A stretch of DNA of 57,883 nt, the filler included, from Catajapyx aquilonaris (taxonomy: Eukaryota), in NCBI GenBank assembly GCA_000934665.2. It is 2 parts of 2 records of this genome, joined end to end, with 100 filler letters (N's around TTAATTAATTAA, not from the genome) between each part and the next. Parts side by side here need not be neighbours in the genome. Positions count along the whole stretch, not along the records: positions 28,952 to 57,883 come from JYFJ02004863.1; 1 more part is not named here. One strand, given 5' to 3'. The notes under the pieces are model-generated. The model saw only the letters and a list, made by a program, of their open reading frames with translations. It was not told the origin of the DNA and did not search any database. Position numbers and translations under genes: made by a program. Position 1 is the stretch's first letter. The number at the start of each line of letters is the position of its first letter. Below are positions 37,101 to 49,751 of the stretch, piece after piece.

Positions 37101-40100
37101 ATTTCCCACCCGGCATATTACGGCCGCCATCTTGGAAAAATGGCGGAAAAAACAGGGTTTTCTGTTTTATCTTTTTAACCGTTCATTTTCTGAAAAATAA
37201 TTAGACATTAAACATGACGGTAATTATATGCCGCATCGAAGAGTACTCTATCAATATTATGATAACTGTAACCGTTCAGCCAGAATCGAGCGGACAATGA
37301 CCATTACTACCTTCGCCTGGATTAGCGCGGGAAGAATTGTTCAAAAATTCCGTGCCGCTGTAATTTTAATGATAAATTTGATCTGTTTGTGGGAAGTTGT
37401 TAAGGACAATAAGAAGTTGCAAAATCAACTTGTCGCCATGATTTTAGCTACCTTATTACAACCGCCATCTTGGAAAAATGTCGGCAAAAACAGCTATTTT
37501 TGCTTTAATTTTTGAACAGTTCATATTATGAAAAGACAACTAAAACAAAAGTTAAAGAGCATGAGATTTACAGTAAATTTGTACTTAACAATGTTTTGAT
37601 AAGTGTAACTGTTCAGCTGAAATTCATGATTTAAGGTTTTTCCTATCACAGGATTTCTAGTAGACTAAGAGCATAAGAAACATATTTTAAAATGGTGTAA
37701 TACATATTCCAAGTTATGAATTGCATTCTGCTGACTATTAGGCAACGTATGAAAATTTATCTCAAAAGTTAACAGAACAACTTGGTTGTTTGCTGGTCAC
37801 ACACTTTAATAATAAAAAAAATGTCACTATATACACTCGTAAATGGACCTGATATTTATTGCGCCAGGCAATAATTCTTGTGTTACAAAACTTTAGCTTG
37901 TTCCCAGTGTTTCGACCTCAAACATCGATGTAAGAAACTCAGTTTTATAATCATAACAGTGTACACTTCATAATAGATAATATACATAGCGTCATAGGCC
38001 TACTGTATAGTAGGCTATGCAGTAGTTCTATCCTGCATACAGAACTCCTCATCGTCCGTATCTGCATTGTGCATTTACTGTAAATCTCATGCTCTTTAAC
38101 TTTTGTTTTAGTTGTCTTTTCATAATATGAACTGTTCAAAAAATAAAGCAAAAATAGCTGTTTTTGCCGACATTTTTCCAAGATGGCGGTTGTAATAAGG
38201 TAGCTAAAATCATGGCGACAAGTTGATTTTGCAACGTCTTATTGTCCTTAACAACTTCCCACAAACAGATCAAATTTATCATTAAAATTACAGCGGCACG
38301 GAATTTTTGAACAATTCTTCCCGCGCTAATCCAGGCGAAGGTAGTAATGGTCATTGTCCGCTCGATTCTGGCTGAACGGTTACAATTATCGTAATATTGA
38401 TAGAGTACTCTTCGATGCGACATATAATTACCGTCATGTTTAATGTCTAATTATTTTTCAGAAAATGAACGGTTAAAAAGATAAAACAGAAAACCCTGTT
38501 TTTTCCGCCATTTTTCCAAGATGGCGGCCGTAATATGACGGGCGGGAAATGGCGACAAGTCGATTTTGAAACTTCTCATTATTCTTAACAACTTCCAACA
38601 AACAGATCAAAATTAACACGCAATATGAGCGGAACGGATTTTTTGACCAAATCTGCCCGGACTATTTCCTGCTGTTCTTAATGGTTTTTTTAAAGAAAGG
38701 AGCCAGAGATGACTTGTAATCCAAAATCATATCTTGCGTCACTCTTTCAACTACAAACTTTTTGCATGCCTTTGAAACCAGTTTAAACCACTCACTAGGT
38801 GTGTACAATTTATCTTTTTTGCGCTTTTCCTTTTCTATGAGACCAAAAGACCTGTCGCATGGCAGATAACTGTGACCTCTTTCAGGAAAGTGCACAAATA
38901 TGTTGTCAAAACTACTTTTCTTCACTTCCTGAAAGAGATACTGGAGCACAGTGCTATTCTTATTTTGTGCAGCACAGTTGTCACAAAATATGTATAGGTC
39001 TCGTACGGAACTGCTCACGTGATGTTGTAGGAAGTGATTCAAAAATGAAACAGACTCATTGGGAGCCTTGTGACCAACAGTCTCGTCAAACATGTACATG
39101 ATAGATTTTCCTGACTTGCCAGAGCAGAAGCACTGGTTGTATACCCAGAGTTGTCGAGCATAGAACACTTCAGTTGTTGTTAGTAGTGGCACTGGTAAAT
39201 TTTGCTGATAATCAAAGGATATGCATTCCACCCTATCATCAACTTTTGCTCAATGCCAACTTGGCCTTAAGATCAGTGTAAAAAGACTCAGCTTTACGCA
39301 AATGAATCTTCCTCTCTAACTCTATGGCATTTTTTTTCCACATCAGAAATGTCAGAGTCCAGTTTCTTTTCATACACATCACAATTCATGCAAGTGTCAC
39401 TGCGTGGCTTTCCAAAGCTGTATTTAAAATGTGTGATAAAATACCTGTAGTAGAAGTCATATGACACTACAGGCTTAATAGTTTTTCCACATTGCTGTAG
39501 CAAGTACTGGTCTGGCTCATGCTTCTCCAGGTACAAACTGTACATCTTATTAATGCTGAGCTCTGAGCTCAGATACTTCACCTTCAGGTTTTTTGCTCTG
39601 CTATAATGAGAGGTTCTAACTGGAAATCCCCTGATGTGGGAATCTATTTGAGCCTGTATGGAGTCTTCTATCTTGTTAGGACGATTGGTGTGTTTGCCAC
39701 GTTGATCCAAGGGGCTTGCAATGTTTTTTGATGCATACTTAGTCAGACGCTCCACTCTTCCCGCACCAATGCCATGCAGATGGCAGAACGCCACCTTGCA
39801 TACAATGACCTGCTTTGTGGAGAGTCTCATCTAAAAAGAGTTGGAAAATTACATGTGTTAAATAGCTAAATATATTGTACTGCTCTTGTTTTAGCACAGT
39901 ACCATTTTTGCTATGTTAGGCCTACATCATAGGCTACCTACCTCATAGTGGTAACTGGCAACTCTCTGGCATCTCTCAGATGTTGCTGTCTCCTCAGCAG
40001 TCCCACCTCCATTAGCTGGAATCTTGCAAGGTCTCCGCCTAATGACAGACAGCAAAATAATACCCACAAGAAAATAACGAGACAATATTACTTATGGTCC

Positions 40101-41654
40101 AAGCATATATTTTTACCTCGCAACAGGTGATGCTCTGATCAATCCCGTAAGATAGGCATCTTGCACGTTCTTCTCCGCCAGTTTGTTGAATGTCTCGATT
40201 ATGTCCTTTTTTTCTTCTCCCGAGAACTTGGTCATGCATTTCCTCCGACAGTTGCAAGGAGATCCCGTTTTCCTCCTGGGCTGCAGCTTTCCGGTGGTGC
40301 TGACATACTCTCTTCCACATGCGATGTTCTTTTTGCGAACGTTTCTTTCCCACTTCCCCTGTTGCCTCACCCGCTTCTTCCCCTTTCCTGCTGAGGAGGA
40401 CTCGTCACTTGAAGTGTCGGTATCATCTGGTGGATGGTACTCTTCATCCATGTCTGTTACACTGCTCAGATCACGCGAGCTAGTACTTTGGCGCAAGAAC
40501 CAGGTAACTCCTGGAATTACCAGGTTATTGCCCCAAACAACCTGCTGTTGTAAGTGAATCCTTGCGCCACGAAGTGGAGAACTGTGGTAGTTGCATTGTT
40601 CTTGCACCAAAGTGTGCCCTGTACCACATAGATGGCGTAGGTGGTCTTAACTCAATTTGTCCCAAAATTGGAGTTAAGGACTTCTTGCACCAATGTCTAC
40701 TACTAGAAAATCACAATCCAGCTGCTAATATCTGCTACCCGCAATTTTATAAATGAAAACACCTGAGAGGTGCATTCCAGGGAGGTACAATTTAATGTCC
40801 TGAACTGAATTTCAAAGATAATTAATTAATAACTTCTGCCCTTTTCAGAAGAACAGTGTGTTTTCTAAAGTTTCGAGTGCCTACATAACAACAAACTACA
40901 TAATTTAAACAGCAATCGCGATTTTGTGAAGAAACAAAATTTTCAACTACTTCCACTATTTATTCCATGAGCTCTCAGATTTGATGATGTTTTTGGTACA
41001 GGGTGTATGTCCGGGTTCAATGTAGCTTAAAAATAAAAATCAGTGTTCCCCAACACATTGGAAAATATTTTTTCACCTATCTGTACTTATAATGTAGATT
41101 CTACAAGTTCTCAAATTCGGTGGTCTTTTATGGTACAGTACACCCTGTATGTCCGGGTTCAAAATACCCTAAAAATCAAAATTAGGACCCCGAAAGCATC
41201 CAGAAATGTTATTTTCACCTACTTATAGTGTTGTTTCTAGAAGTTCTTAAATTTCATGCCGAATTTTTGGTACACCCTGTGTGTCTAGGTTCAAAATAAC
41301 CTAAAAATTGAAATCAGCGACCCCTGAAACATGGGGAGACTGGTGTTTTACGTACTTATACGGTACTTATAAGGAGCTATCCTTTTCGATCGTGTTTTTT
41401 CTGATATCAAACACTATGCGGCAGTAGGGCCTACTAGTGACTAATACCATAGACACACTGGTTTGATTTGAACCTAACTAATGTAAACCTAACCTAACTA
41501 AAAGAACTAACACATTGATATATTGCTTTACCTGAAGCTCTGGATAAATGTGCTTCTTCAACATGTGCCTTTCCAGGTCCTTCTTTGTGGCAAATGCACC
41601 GTTGCAATGGTCACAGTAGAGAAGCTGATACAGCAGGATGAAGGGTTCCAATAT
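31191..41654 (-). CDS. C2H2 zinc-finger gene 1 (one-finger exon 41654-41532 plus 14-finger exon 32435-31191; 5' exons not identified)
   Basis: Array exon has 14 CxxC-x12-Hxxx(x)H units with TGEKP linkers; finger 12 has H->R. The upstream 123-nt exon (ILEPFILLYQLLYCDHCNGAFATKKDLERHMLKKHIYPELQ) has AG/GT phase-0 ends and matches the paralogue. Confidence 0.8.
32612..34306 (-). mobile_element. Kolobok-like non-autonomous DNA transposon with a THAP-domain remnant
   Basis: TTAA-agggacac...gtgtccct-TTAA ends and ~330-bp imperfect TIRs. Minus strand 33779-33277 reads CVVY/CKRH...MRQWREAL...VCMDHF...KLKPNAVPTL. Confidence 0.75.
33337..33566. mobile_element. Small MITE (PIF/Harbinger-like termini) nested in the THAP remnant
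   Basis: TIR ggggccatccataaattacgtaacgct / agcgttacgtaatttatggatggcccc with a TA(G) duplication. Removing it restores the THAP frame. Confidence 0.8.
34318..34879. mobile_element. Tc1/mariner-type fold-back MITE
   Basis: TA-cagggtgtttattgtaactctgc...gcagagttacaataaacaccctg-TA with near-perfect ~200-bp inverted arms. Confidence 0.85.
34940..35182 (-). mobile_element. tRNA-derived SINE (same family as 46437-46690)
   Basis: Minus strand reads gaccgaagcagtggtagtggagggg...gactgctaatcgggag..ggttcgaatcc (B box), then gtggttttctgtggtttccca...cacagccgcttcctt. Confidence 0.75.
35783..41428 (-). mobile_element. Sola1-like DNA transposon with a spliced, disrupted transposase
   Basis: Long imperfect TIRs (gtttgatatcagaaaaaacacgatcgaaaa.gatagctcct plus repeated acagggtgtac units) at both ends. 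Transposase pieces at 40610-40117, ~40038-39941, 39830-38665 and 36993-36676 carry VCKVAFCHLHGI, SHYSR, PRSDTC, ISFDYQQNL, DNCAAQNKN and GHSYLPCDRSFG. Frameshifted near 39250-39330. Confidence 0.75.
36997..38664. mobile_element. Academ-like non-autonomous element nested in the Sola1-like transposase
   Basis: TAGTCC...GGACTA termini, 3-bp TTT duplication and ~580-bp near-identical TIRs. Removing it restores ...KNSRK|DVFAISKY... in frame. Confidence 0.75.
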
Positions 41655-42207
41655 CTGTAATGAGAAGATGAAAAATATTGACCTAACAGTTTATTTTAGG
41701 GGTGGGAGCCCCTAAGTAAGACCGTACAACAATTTTCAACAATGAATATTTTTCCAACATGTTGTTGTTGTTACGCTTTTTTTATTCGCCCTAACTCAAG
41801 TTCTGGTGTAGGTAGAGCTACCAAATTTTGAACACAGATCCCCACCGTCGTGAAGTGCATTCCTACCATTTACAGCTAAACTCAATTCCTCTTCAAAACA
41901 CCACCAAAAAATTAAAAACTACTAAAAAATATGTTTCTATTTTTTTTTGCTCAATAACTATTCGGAATTTGGTTTCTTCATCAAAGGGCCGAATGCGCAG
42001 TAGGATGGTACGAATCTATGTTCAAAACCTCACAGTTCCACCTGCTGTAGGATTTAAGTTATGATTTTTTTCACCAATTTTTTTCTGTCAAATACTTCAT
42101 TTGTTCATGATTCAATCACATAGCAAAGTCAATTCTTATTTATATCTCACCATATTGTTAGCGAAATGTTATCCCACTGCTCTGGGGTGAACGGATTGTA
42201 CTTATTA

Positions 42208-42640
42208 CAGTTGAATCCGGATATAACAGCCTCGGCTATAACTATACAGACTTTTGGTTAAAGGCCGGTCCCGGCATGCTTCCATAAGGCCCTGTGTATG
42301 TGACTCCTGATTTAACATTCTCATTTTCACCTCACCTTGGGTATAACACACCATTTCTTGGCCCTCAGTAGGAAAATATAGTTTTCTAGGTACAAAATTT
42401 GCACAAAGGAGATGGCAGAAGAAAATTTCGGATATTTTGGTCCTTCATAATTTTGGAGTGAGCTAATATTACATTATTGGCACATTTCATTAATCGGTAT
42501 GTAGTCTAGAAGTGCATATTTCAGCCATATTGAAAGCAGAAATCTCTGTTTTCATTGCGTGACGATTTGGCTATAACAGACCTCGGTTATAGCAGACTTT
42601 TCCGCAGTCTCTTGAAGTTTGTTTTATCTGGATTCAACTG
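42208..42640. mobile_element. pogo/Tigger-like MITE
   Basis: TA-cagttgaatccggatataac...ttatctggattcaactg-TA, with internal ctcggctataac repeats. Confidence 0.75.
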
Positions 42641-43273
42641 TACGATTAACCCCTTCGCTACCTGCTATATCGCCATTGTCATTGCCATCACCAGGTATAG
42701 GCAACGGATTTCTTAGAGTGAACAGACACGCCCCCTCGGGCGAACCAATGGGGTCGCCTGAATGACCGTGCGTCACAGTAAGGTTGCCAGGTGAAATACA
42801 TAGGCTTAAATGTAATTGACATGTGTATTTTAAAAAGGAATTCGACCGATATCAATTATTTGGTTCTGACATAATTTATGAACCCTAAAGCATTATTTAG
42901 AATAGCGCAAAGAGCTTAATACTAGGAAGAGTGGAAAAAACAGCTGGTAGCATAGCAACCGTGTCTCCAATCGACTGACCTGCCACCTGGCGATCGACAG
43001 CCAAACTCGATACTGTATTGTACAATACGGTAGATCGAGGCAGTGCCGGAAATATGGCAATAAAAGCCCCAGAGGTTGGAAATAAGCTATAAGCACTCGT
43101 ATACTCTCGTTGGTGTAAAAATTGACGACAAAACACGATGTAGAAGACCTGTGAATAAAATACCATCACGAAAAGCAAATTGTTTGCCAGAAGTTTATTG
43201 CCACTACAATAATCCCACACTCTGCGCTATACAATACACACCACGGTAGGCTACTGTTAGAAAATATGTATAT

Positions 43274-46252
43274 GAGGCATTCCACGTCAAGCGGGCCACC
43301 TTTCCGACAAATCTTTGAGGACCTTGACCAAAATTTAATGACATGTACTACTCATCGACCTATGCAGGAACCCAAATTATTATACCTCTGCGTTGCGTGG
43401 TTGCGTATCTACAGGGTGGGCAAGTTGCTATTTTTCACTCATTTTACGCTGTCAGGGCTTTGAATGGAGGCCCGTAACTTCTGAACCCCTGAAGTGATCC
43501 CAAAGGTGATTAGTGATTTGGACAGGTCTGGAAACGCCCTTTAATACTATGACAGCAAGAATTTGAAAAATGAAAATTGCGATTTCTAAATGGCGACAAA
43601 ACTTTGATTTTGATTTAGCTCAAACTTGGACATTTTTGATATTTTTTGAATGTCTCTTAAAACGAAACTTGAACGATCCTACTGATATTTCCGAAAACTC
43701 TCGAGGACCCTTTTTTGATTTTTACCCGCTACAAGCTGCGATAGGACCCCCCCCCCCCCGGCCCCTCTCTTATTCCCTCTGCCTTCCTGCCGGGCGGAGA
43801 CCCATTAATATATTGCGCTGACGTGGATCGTCTCTGCTGCAGCTGGCTCACTGGATCTCACTTTCTTACCTGCCCAACTGAACGAAGTAAACGTGTGATA
43901 GGCACATAACATAGACACTGCCCTTACCTACGAGTAGAATCATCAGCAGACACTAACATTGGGAAATATGACGAGAGTAGTATTCGGAGCAATACAACAA
44001 CAACAACAACTTGATCTGCAAACCTATGCACTTGTCCTATATCGACTCACTCCCAGAATTTATTTAGCTGAACTGATAACCTCTATGATCATTTAAAAAG
44101 AAACTAAAGGGTCCGTTTATAACTAGCCCATAATGTTAAGTGAAGAAAACTCAGTTCACATCGCAAATAAAATATAAGTTGGTGGTTCTTACTGCTTAAT
44201 TAAGAACTTTCCCGCCCTATAGTGACGTACAATGTTGATGATAGCTGCTAACTCCTGTTTAATTCAATATTAAAACTATCATGCTTTAATGCTAATCAAG
44301 ATAATTTAATTCTATTGAGTATGATGTGAGGGTTGGATATGTGTAGTGAGTGTGACATACCGGTATTGCATTTGTTGTAAATACGATTTTAGCCGTGAAC
44401 GGGAAAGGCCTTCTTAATCCGTTGCCAGTCTCAACCCTGTAAAACGCAGAGAGCAATATTGTTTATTAACTTTATGAACCTTTATATTTAGTGCCCTTTT
44501 AAATGATCATAGAGCTTATCGGTTCAGCTAAATAAATTCTGGTAATGAGTCGGCATAATCAAACGCATCCTCATGGAGGTCAGCCTGGGGCATTACAGAA
44601 TATCTTATAGCATCATCACCGGTTGGGATTTTTTTTAGTCGGTATAGGACAAGCGCATAGGTTTGCAGATAAAGTTGCTGCTGTTGTTGTTGTAATGCCC
44701 AGGGAGTGTTATTCAACTGTTTCGTTCATGTTTGTTGTTCTCGTTCAATGTCATTCAATTGTTTCGTTCATGTTTGTTGTTCTCGTTCTACGTCATTCAA
44801 TTGTTTCGTTCTTGTTATATGCTGTTCATTTGTTTGTTGTTGTTGTCATGTCTTGTTCATTTGTTTTCTTAGTTGTTGATGTTGTTCCATTGTTTTGTAT
44901 ATTTCTGTTGCCATGCTTTTGTCAACAAACTTGACTATAAAAGGAGGTACACTGAGCCTGCGGAGTCAGTCAGTTGCCGGCCTCTGAGGAGGTAACATCT
45001 CCAGAGAAGGCGGAGTCAGTCGCCAGTCTCTGAGGAGCTAACACCTCCAGAGAAGGCACTGACCGGCTTTGCCGAGTATCAGGACCCGATCAATACACAG
45101 ACCATTGTTGTATTATTTACTCCTACCTTTCAGGATTACTCAGTAATTAGGGACAGGTGTCATATCAGGGCCAGCAGGTGTCTGCGTCGCTCAGATATAC
45201 ACCGACCAGTCAAGACTGACCAGTCACGTGTCATGGATGGGCCAGCAGGCATCTGCATCGCCCATACATACACTGACTAGGCAGAAGATATTAGGGCCAG
45301 CAGGCAACTGCGTCGCACTAATATCCGAACCTAACAGTCTTGGCAAAAGGAGGTAACCGGAACAACAGTCTAGTAAGAGCTTCCCTCTCACTAACCAGCC
45401 CAAAGTTAGCGGAAGCCCGAATCGGGGCAAGGTGTACCAAACATGAGTCACTCATTGGTCACCTTTAACTTTACCTATAACTACTTCTAAACCTGGCGTC
45501 ACATTGTTGTTGTTGTTGTTGTATTGCTCGCCGAATACTACTCTCGTCATATTTCCCAATGTTAGTGTCTGCTGATGATTCTACTCGTAGAGTAAGCAGG
45601 GAAGGGCAGTGTCTATATTATGTGTCTATCACACGTTTACTTCGTTCAGTTGTGCAGGTAAGAAAGTGAGATCCAGTGAGCCAGCTGCAGCAGAGACGAT
45701 CCACGTCAGCGCAATATATTAATGGGTCTCCGCCCGGCAGGAAGGCAGAGGGAATAAGAGAGGGGGCGGGCGGGGGGGTCCTATCGCAGCTTGTAGCGGG
45801 TAAAAATCAAAAAAGGGTCCTCGAGAGTTTTCGGAAATATCAGTAGGATCGTTCAAGCTTCGTTTTAAGAGACATTCAAAAAATATCAAAAATGTCCAAG
45901 TTTGAGCTAAATCAAAATCAAAGTTTTGTCGCCATTTAGAAATCGCAATTTTCATTTTTCAAAATTCTTGCTGTAATAGTATTAAAGGGCGTTTCCAGAC
46001 CTGTCCAAATCACTAATCACCTTTGGGGTCACTTCAGGGGTTCAGAAGTTACGGGCCTCCATTCAAAGCCATGACAGCGTAAAATGAGTGAAAAATAGCA
46101 ACTTTCCCACCCTGTGGTTACGCAACCACGCAACGCAGAGGTATAATAATTTGGGTTCCTGCATAGGTCGATGAGTAGTACATGTCATTAAATTTTGGTC
46201 AAGGTCCTCAAAGATTTGTCGGAAAGGTGGCCCGCTTGACGTGGAATGCCTC
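43274..46252. mobile_element. Sola2-like fold-back non-autonomous element
   Basis: ATAT-GAGGCATTCCACGTCAAG...CTTGACGTGGAATGCCTC-ATAT: GAG termini, 4-bp TSD and >730-bp near-identical inverted arms. Confidence 0.75.
44691..45503 (+). mobile_element. Solo LTR (813 bp) inserted in the right arm of the Sola2-like element
   Basis: TGTAATGCCCAGG...CCTGGCGTCACA inverted ends, TTGT 4-bp duplication, TATAAAA at ~44936 and internal tandem repeats. It is absent from the left arm. Confidence 0.7.
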
Positions 46253-46436
46253 ATATGTATAATATAGTAGAACTCTGGTCGTAAGTCAAATAAATTTTAG
46301 TCGTAACCGACCGTAACCATAGTTAGTTAATTATTAGTAACTATGGTTACAACCTGTTATGACGGAAATTTTGACTTACGACATTTGATGAATCCACTCC
46401 CTGCTTTGCAACTCAAGGAATAGATATGAAAATAGT

Positions 46437-46690
46437 GACCGAAGCAGTTTGGTGGAGTGGATAAGGTGTTCGACTGCTAATCGGGAGGTCCTGGGTTAGA
46501 GTCACGGGGTTGGCAATCCTAACCGTGGTTTTCTGTGGTTTCCCACGGTCCCCCGAGGAGAATTCCAGGATTGCTCCCTAAATAATAGCCCACAGCCGCT
46601 TCCTTCTGTCCCTATCCTACCGCAAAAAGCAAAGTAAAAATGAAAGCAAAGAGTTCCAGTGAAAACAAAATTGGGATGAACTCCCCCTCT
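46437..46690 (+). mobile_element. tRNA-derived SINE
   Basis: A-box-like tggtggagtgg, tRNA-Ser(GCT)-like loop gactgctaat, degenerate B box ggttagagtc, and a body shared with the copy at ~35000. Confidence 0.75.
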
Positions 46691-49191
46691 AAAGAGCCGC
46701 CGACTGATAACAGGGTATGAATAATATGAAAATAATGTGATACAGACGACTCTGGATATAACAGCCTCGGCTTGAAAGGTTAGGCCGAGCGCAAATCATG
46801 CAATGAAGGTGCGACGCCGTCCCGATTTGTTGCATCGAGACAGGATGCGACCGCGCAGCTTTTGGACAACGATAAGTCACACTGCACACCCGACACAAAT
46901 CATGCAATTTCGATGCAATCTCAGGCCCGGAATTGCAGTACAGTACTCCATAATTTTAGGCAAGTAATAATGCTCACAGTTTATGAATGAGGTCATTCTT
47001 GATCACTGTTTGTGTACTATCCACGTTCCACCAGTACTGGTACGATGTCACCAGTAAGTCACATACTTTGATACAGTATAGCCTAGTATTTACTCATTGC
47101 CAGCAAGTCACAACATTAGCCTCACTCGTAGGGCCCCCAGGTAACTGGGCAGCATGCTCTTAAGTTAAGACGGCCCTCCTTACAACACTTTGTATCGAAC
47201 ATTCTACGAGATTCACTCCAACCTGGCCGCAGGCCACTGCCATGTTGAAAATGAAATGCGATGTGGGGGAGTTTTCAAGCAGTGCTGGAAACCTGCAACA
47301 TCCCTGTGACTTCTCAGGTAAGCGGCGTGCGCATCCTGCGCATGCAACCAGCTACTGCAACATCCCACCGACAGTGCATGATCTGCGCTCAGCCTTAAGT
47401 CCCAGCTAACTTCCATAATATGGTCTGTGTACCTGGCTATGGGATGGGGATGGGCGGGGATGGGTCTCTCCTCGGGGCACCCTCTCCTCTAACTCTGCCC
47501 CTTTGTCTGGAGCCACCAAGCAGGCAACAATCCTTTCAATTCCAACCAGGCCTCGACAACCAGTGACAATCAACAGGTTTCCTTGTTCCTTTCCTCACAG
47601 ACAAAGACAACCTGGACTATGGTCCGATGGTTTACTTGCGGAATACATCGATATATATCGCCACTTCCTTATATCGATAGTATCGGATATCAATGGCTGA
47701 AAATCAGATATCATGCTCTTGGTCACCAGGTGGTAAATCAACATTTCTCTTAAATTTGCAGATGCAAAATAGCAGTAGTTTTAAGTGGGCTACAATTATT
47801 AACCCTTAACTTGCAACCTCATTTAGCTTAACTGGTAACGTGGGGTCCTTTTTGGACGTTTTTTTCGATTACAAACTTACATTAACCAAACCATCAAACT
47901 ATAAATGCTTCCTAAATTCGGGGGGGGGGGNGGGACTATAAGTGACAGATTTTTAAAAATGTTGACCTCCTCTGACCCTTGGTTGACTCGCATGAGGCGC
48001 CGTTTACTGTTTACCCGTATCCCTTCGTGACCCAGCAGCTGTAATGGCAGTCTCCTTATTATGTTGCAGAACTGAAACTGGATCTGGGTGACTATAATGC
48101 TTGACTTCCCGTTGGTGTGAAACCTGTGTATAGCGGAATCGCACGTAATGGAGAGGTTTCCTTTACACATTCGACACGGAATTCATGTACGTGGCCTACT
48201 GCGGATAAGCCCGTTCCCAGGAAAAATTCCGCAAATATGGACAAATTTCCGTTCGAGGACCCCATTAGATGCCACATTTTCTTGAGTTTCACTTTAGCGA
48301 ATACTGTATTACGTGGTATGGGGAACAACTTCCACGAAGATTTTGATATTTATCCCATCCGTCACACTCACAAGGTCAAAGGTCATGTCACTGACCTCCC
48401 AATTCCTGTCCGTGGTATGTGCTACTAAAATCAAACAATGCACTGCATGTGGCAGATTCTACAGTCACACTGCTGTGAACAAACTGGCATTATGGGGCAT
48501 ATTCATAACATAGTGTTATTCTGCAGATACAAGACAAAATGTTGTAACATTGGTGGTTAACACTGACCGTCTTTAATGCATTTGATTTCTTCGGGCCTAT
48601 TAACTTCTGTTTTTTTGAAAACAATCACATAGTTGCATAATTATGCATTATTGATATTGCTTTTGGCAACAATTGGAATATGCAGGGTGACATCAGGAAT
48701 TATTTTCCAGGCCAATCTGTCCCGGAACTATCCAATGATTTGCAAGTCCAGAGTTTTACTAACTAAAGTCCTGTTGCACTAACTGTAGTAAGAGTAGAAA
48801 ACTTTTGGATGAAAACAAAACACAGAAAATCCAAATTTCACTGTTACCTCCCAACAGACATGGGAGTTAAAAAAATTTTTCGGTCACTTTTCCAGCCAGT
48901 CGCAGTCGGAGACACTTAAGGTTTTCTGGCCTAGCTGCATACAGACCTAACACAACAAACACGATTACTACTTTCTCTTTTGAATGCAATGTAAATAGGG
49001 CAACATCTACAAACAAAAACTTATCAAGCCACACACCAAGATCAATCCTGGAACATAACCTTTCAGTTGACCAATTTCTTTGAATTATTTACTGAACGTC
49101 TGTTGAAGAAATATTTAATCTGGCAAAGCCTCTCACATCACTCATGTAATTGGTTGCCACTACAACCTGGGAAGAAAAGACATTAATATGT

Positions 49192-49447
49192 CGCATCCCG
49201 GCAATAAGAGGGCCACAAGTCCAACAATGACGATTTTGACTTATTACTAGAGCAGGGTCCATGACCGTGTGCACATTCAGAATGCATATTCTGATTTTAA
49301 AAAATTAATAATTAGTAATTCAGATTATTCGAATGCTGCATCAATATCTGATTTATGATAACACTATACCAACACTATACAACTTTCAAAGTGCTCTCCT
49401 GTGAAATTGACTTTTTGGACTTGTGCCCCTGTTATTGCCGGGGTGCG
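49192..49447. mobile_element. MITE with a 4-bp TSD
   Basis: ATGT-cgcatcccggcaataagagggccacaagtccaa...ttggacttgtgcccctgttattgccgggtgcg-ATGT. Absent at the paralogous site ~30510. Confidence 0.75.
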
Positions 49448-49751
49448 ATGTGCCCTGGCTGTACAATACAGCACACAGGACATGACTTCCTCCTTCTGGA
49501 AGGGAACATTTGGCCCTGTCATCATACCCACGGAGTTTGGTTTTCCTTTTCTCGTGGCTCTTCTTACATCCATCTGGCTGACCAAAACAGTCAAGGAGCT
49601 CCTTGACAACTTAAACCTTACTTTTCCAACCTGAGCCTCAAAAAAGACAAGCGTTTCTACCTACAAATGCTTTATTCAATATTACTATACCAGGTACAAT
49701 TATGATAAATGAACAATAAATGCCCAAGGCTCTCCCCTAGCATGATACTTA

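Noticed and set aside
37228..38423. Pair of near-identical 95-aa ORFs on opposite strands (similar pairs at 43266/46063, 43570/45719, 49881/50756)
   Set aside because: Mirror images produced by transposon inverted arms; no protein features.
46437..46510. tRNA-Ser-like sequence
   Set aside because: No intact cloverleaf; it continues into a body shared with a second copy, so it is a SINE head.
47798..48520. Possible piggyBac end (TTAACCC) with a Cys-rich fragment (VVCATKIKQCTACGRF)
   Set aside because: No matching second terminus or recognisable catalytic motifs; too weak to call.
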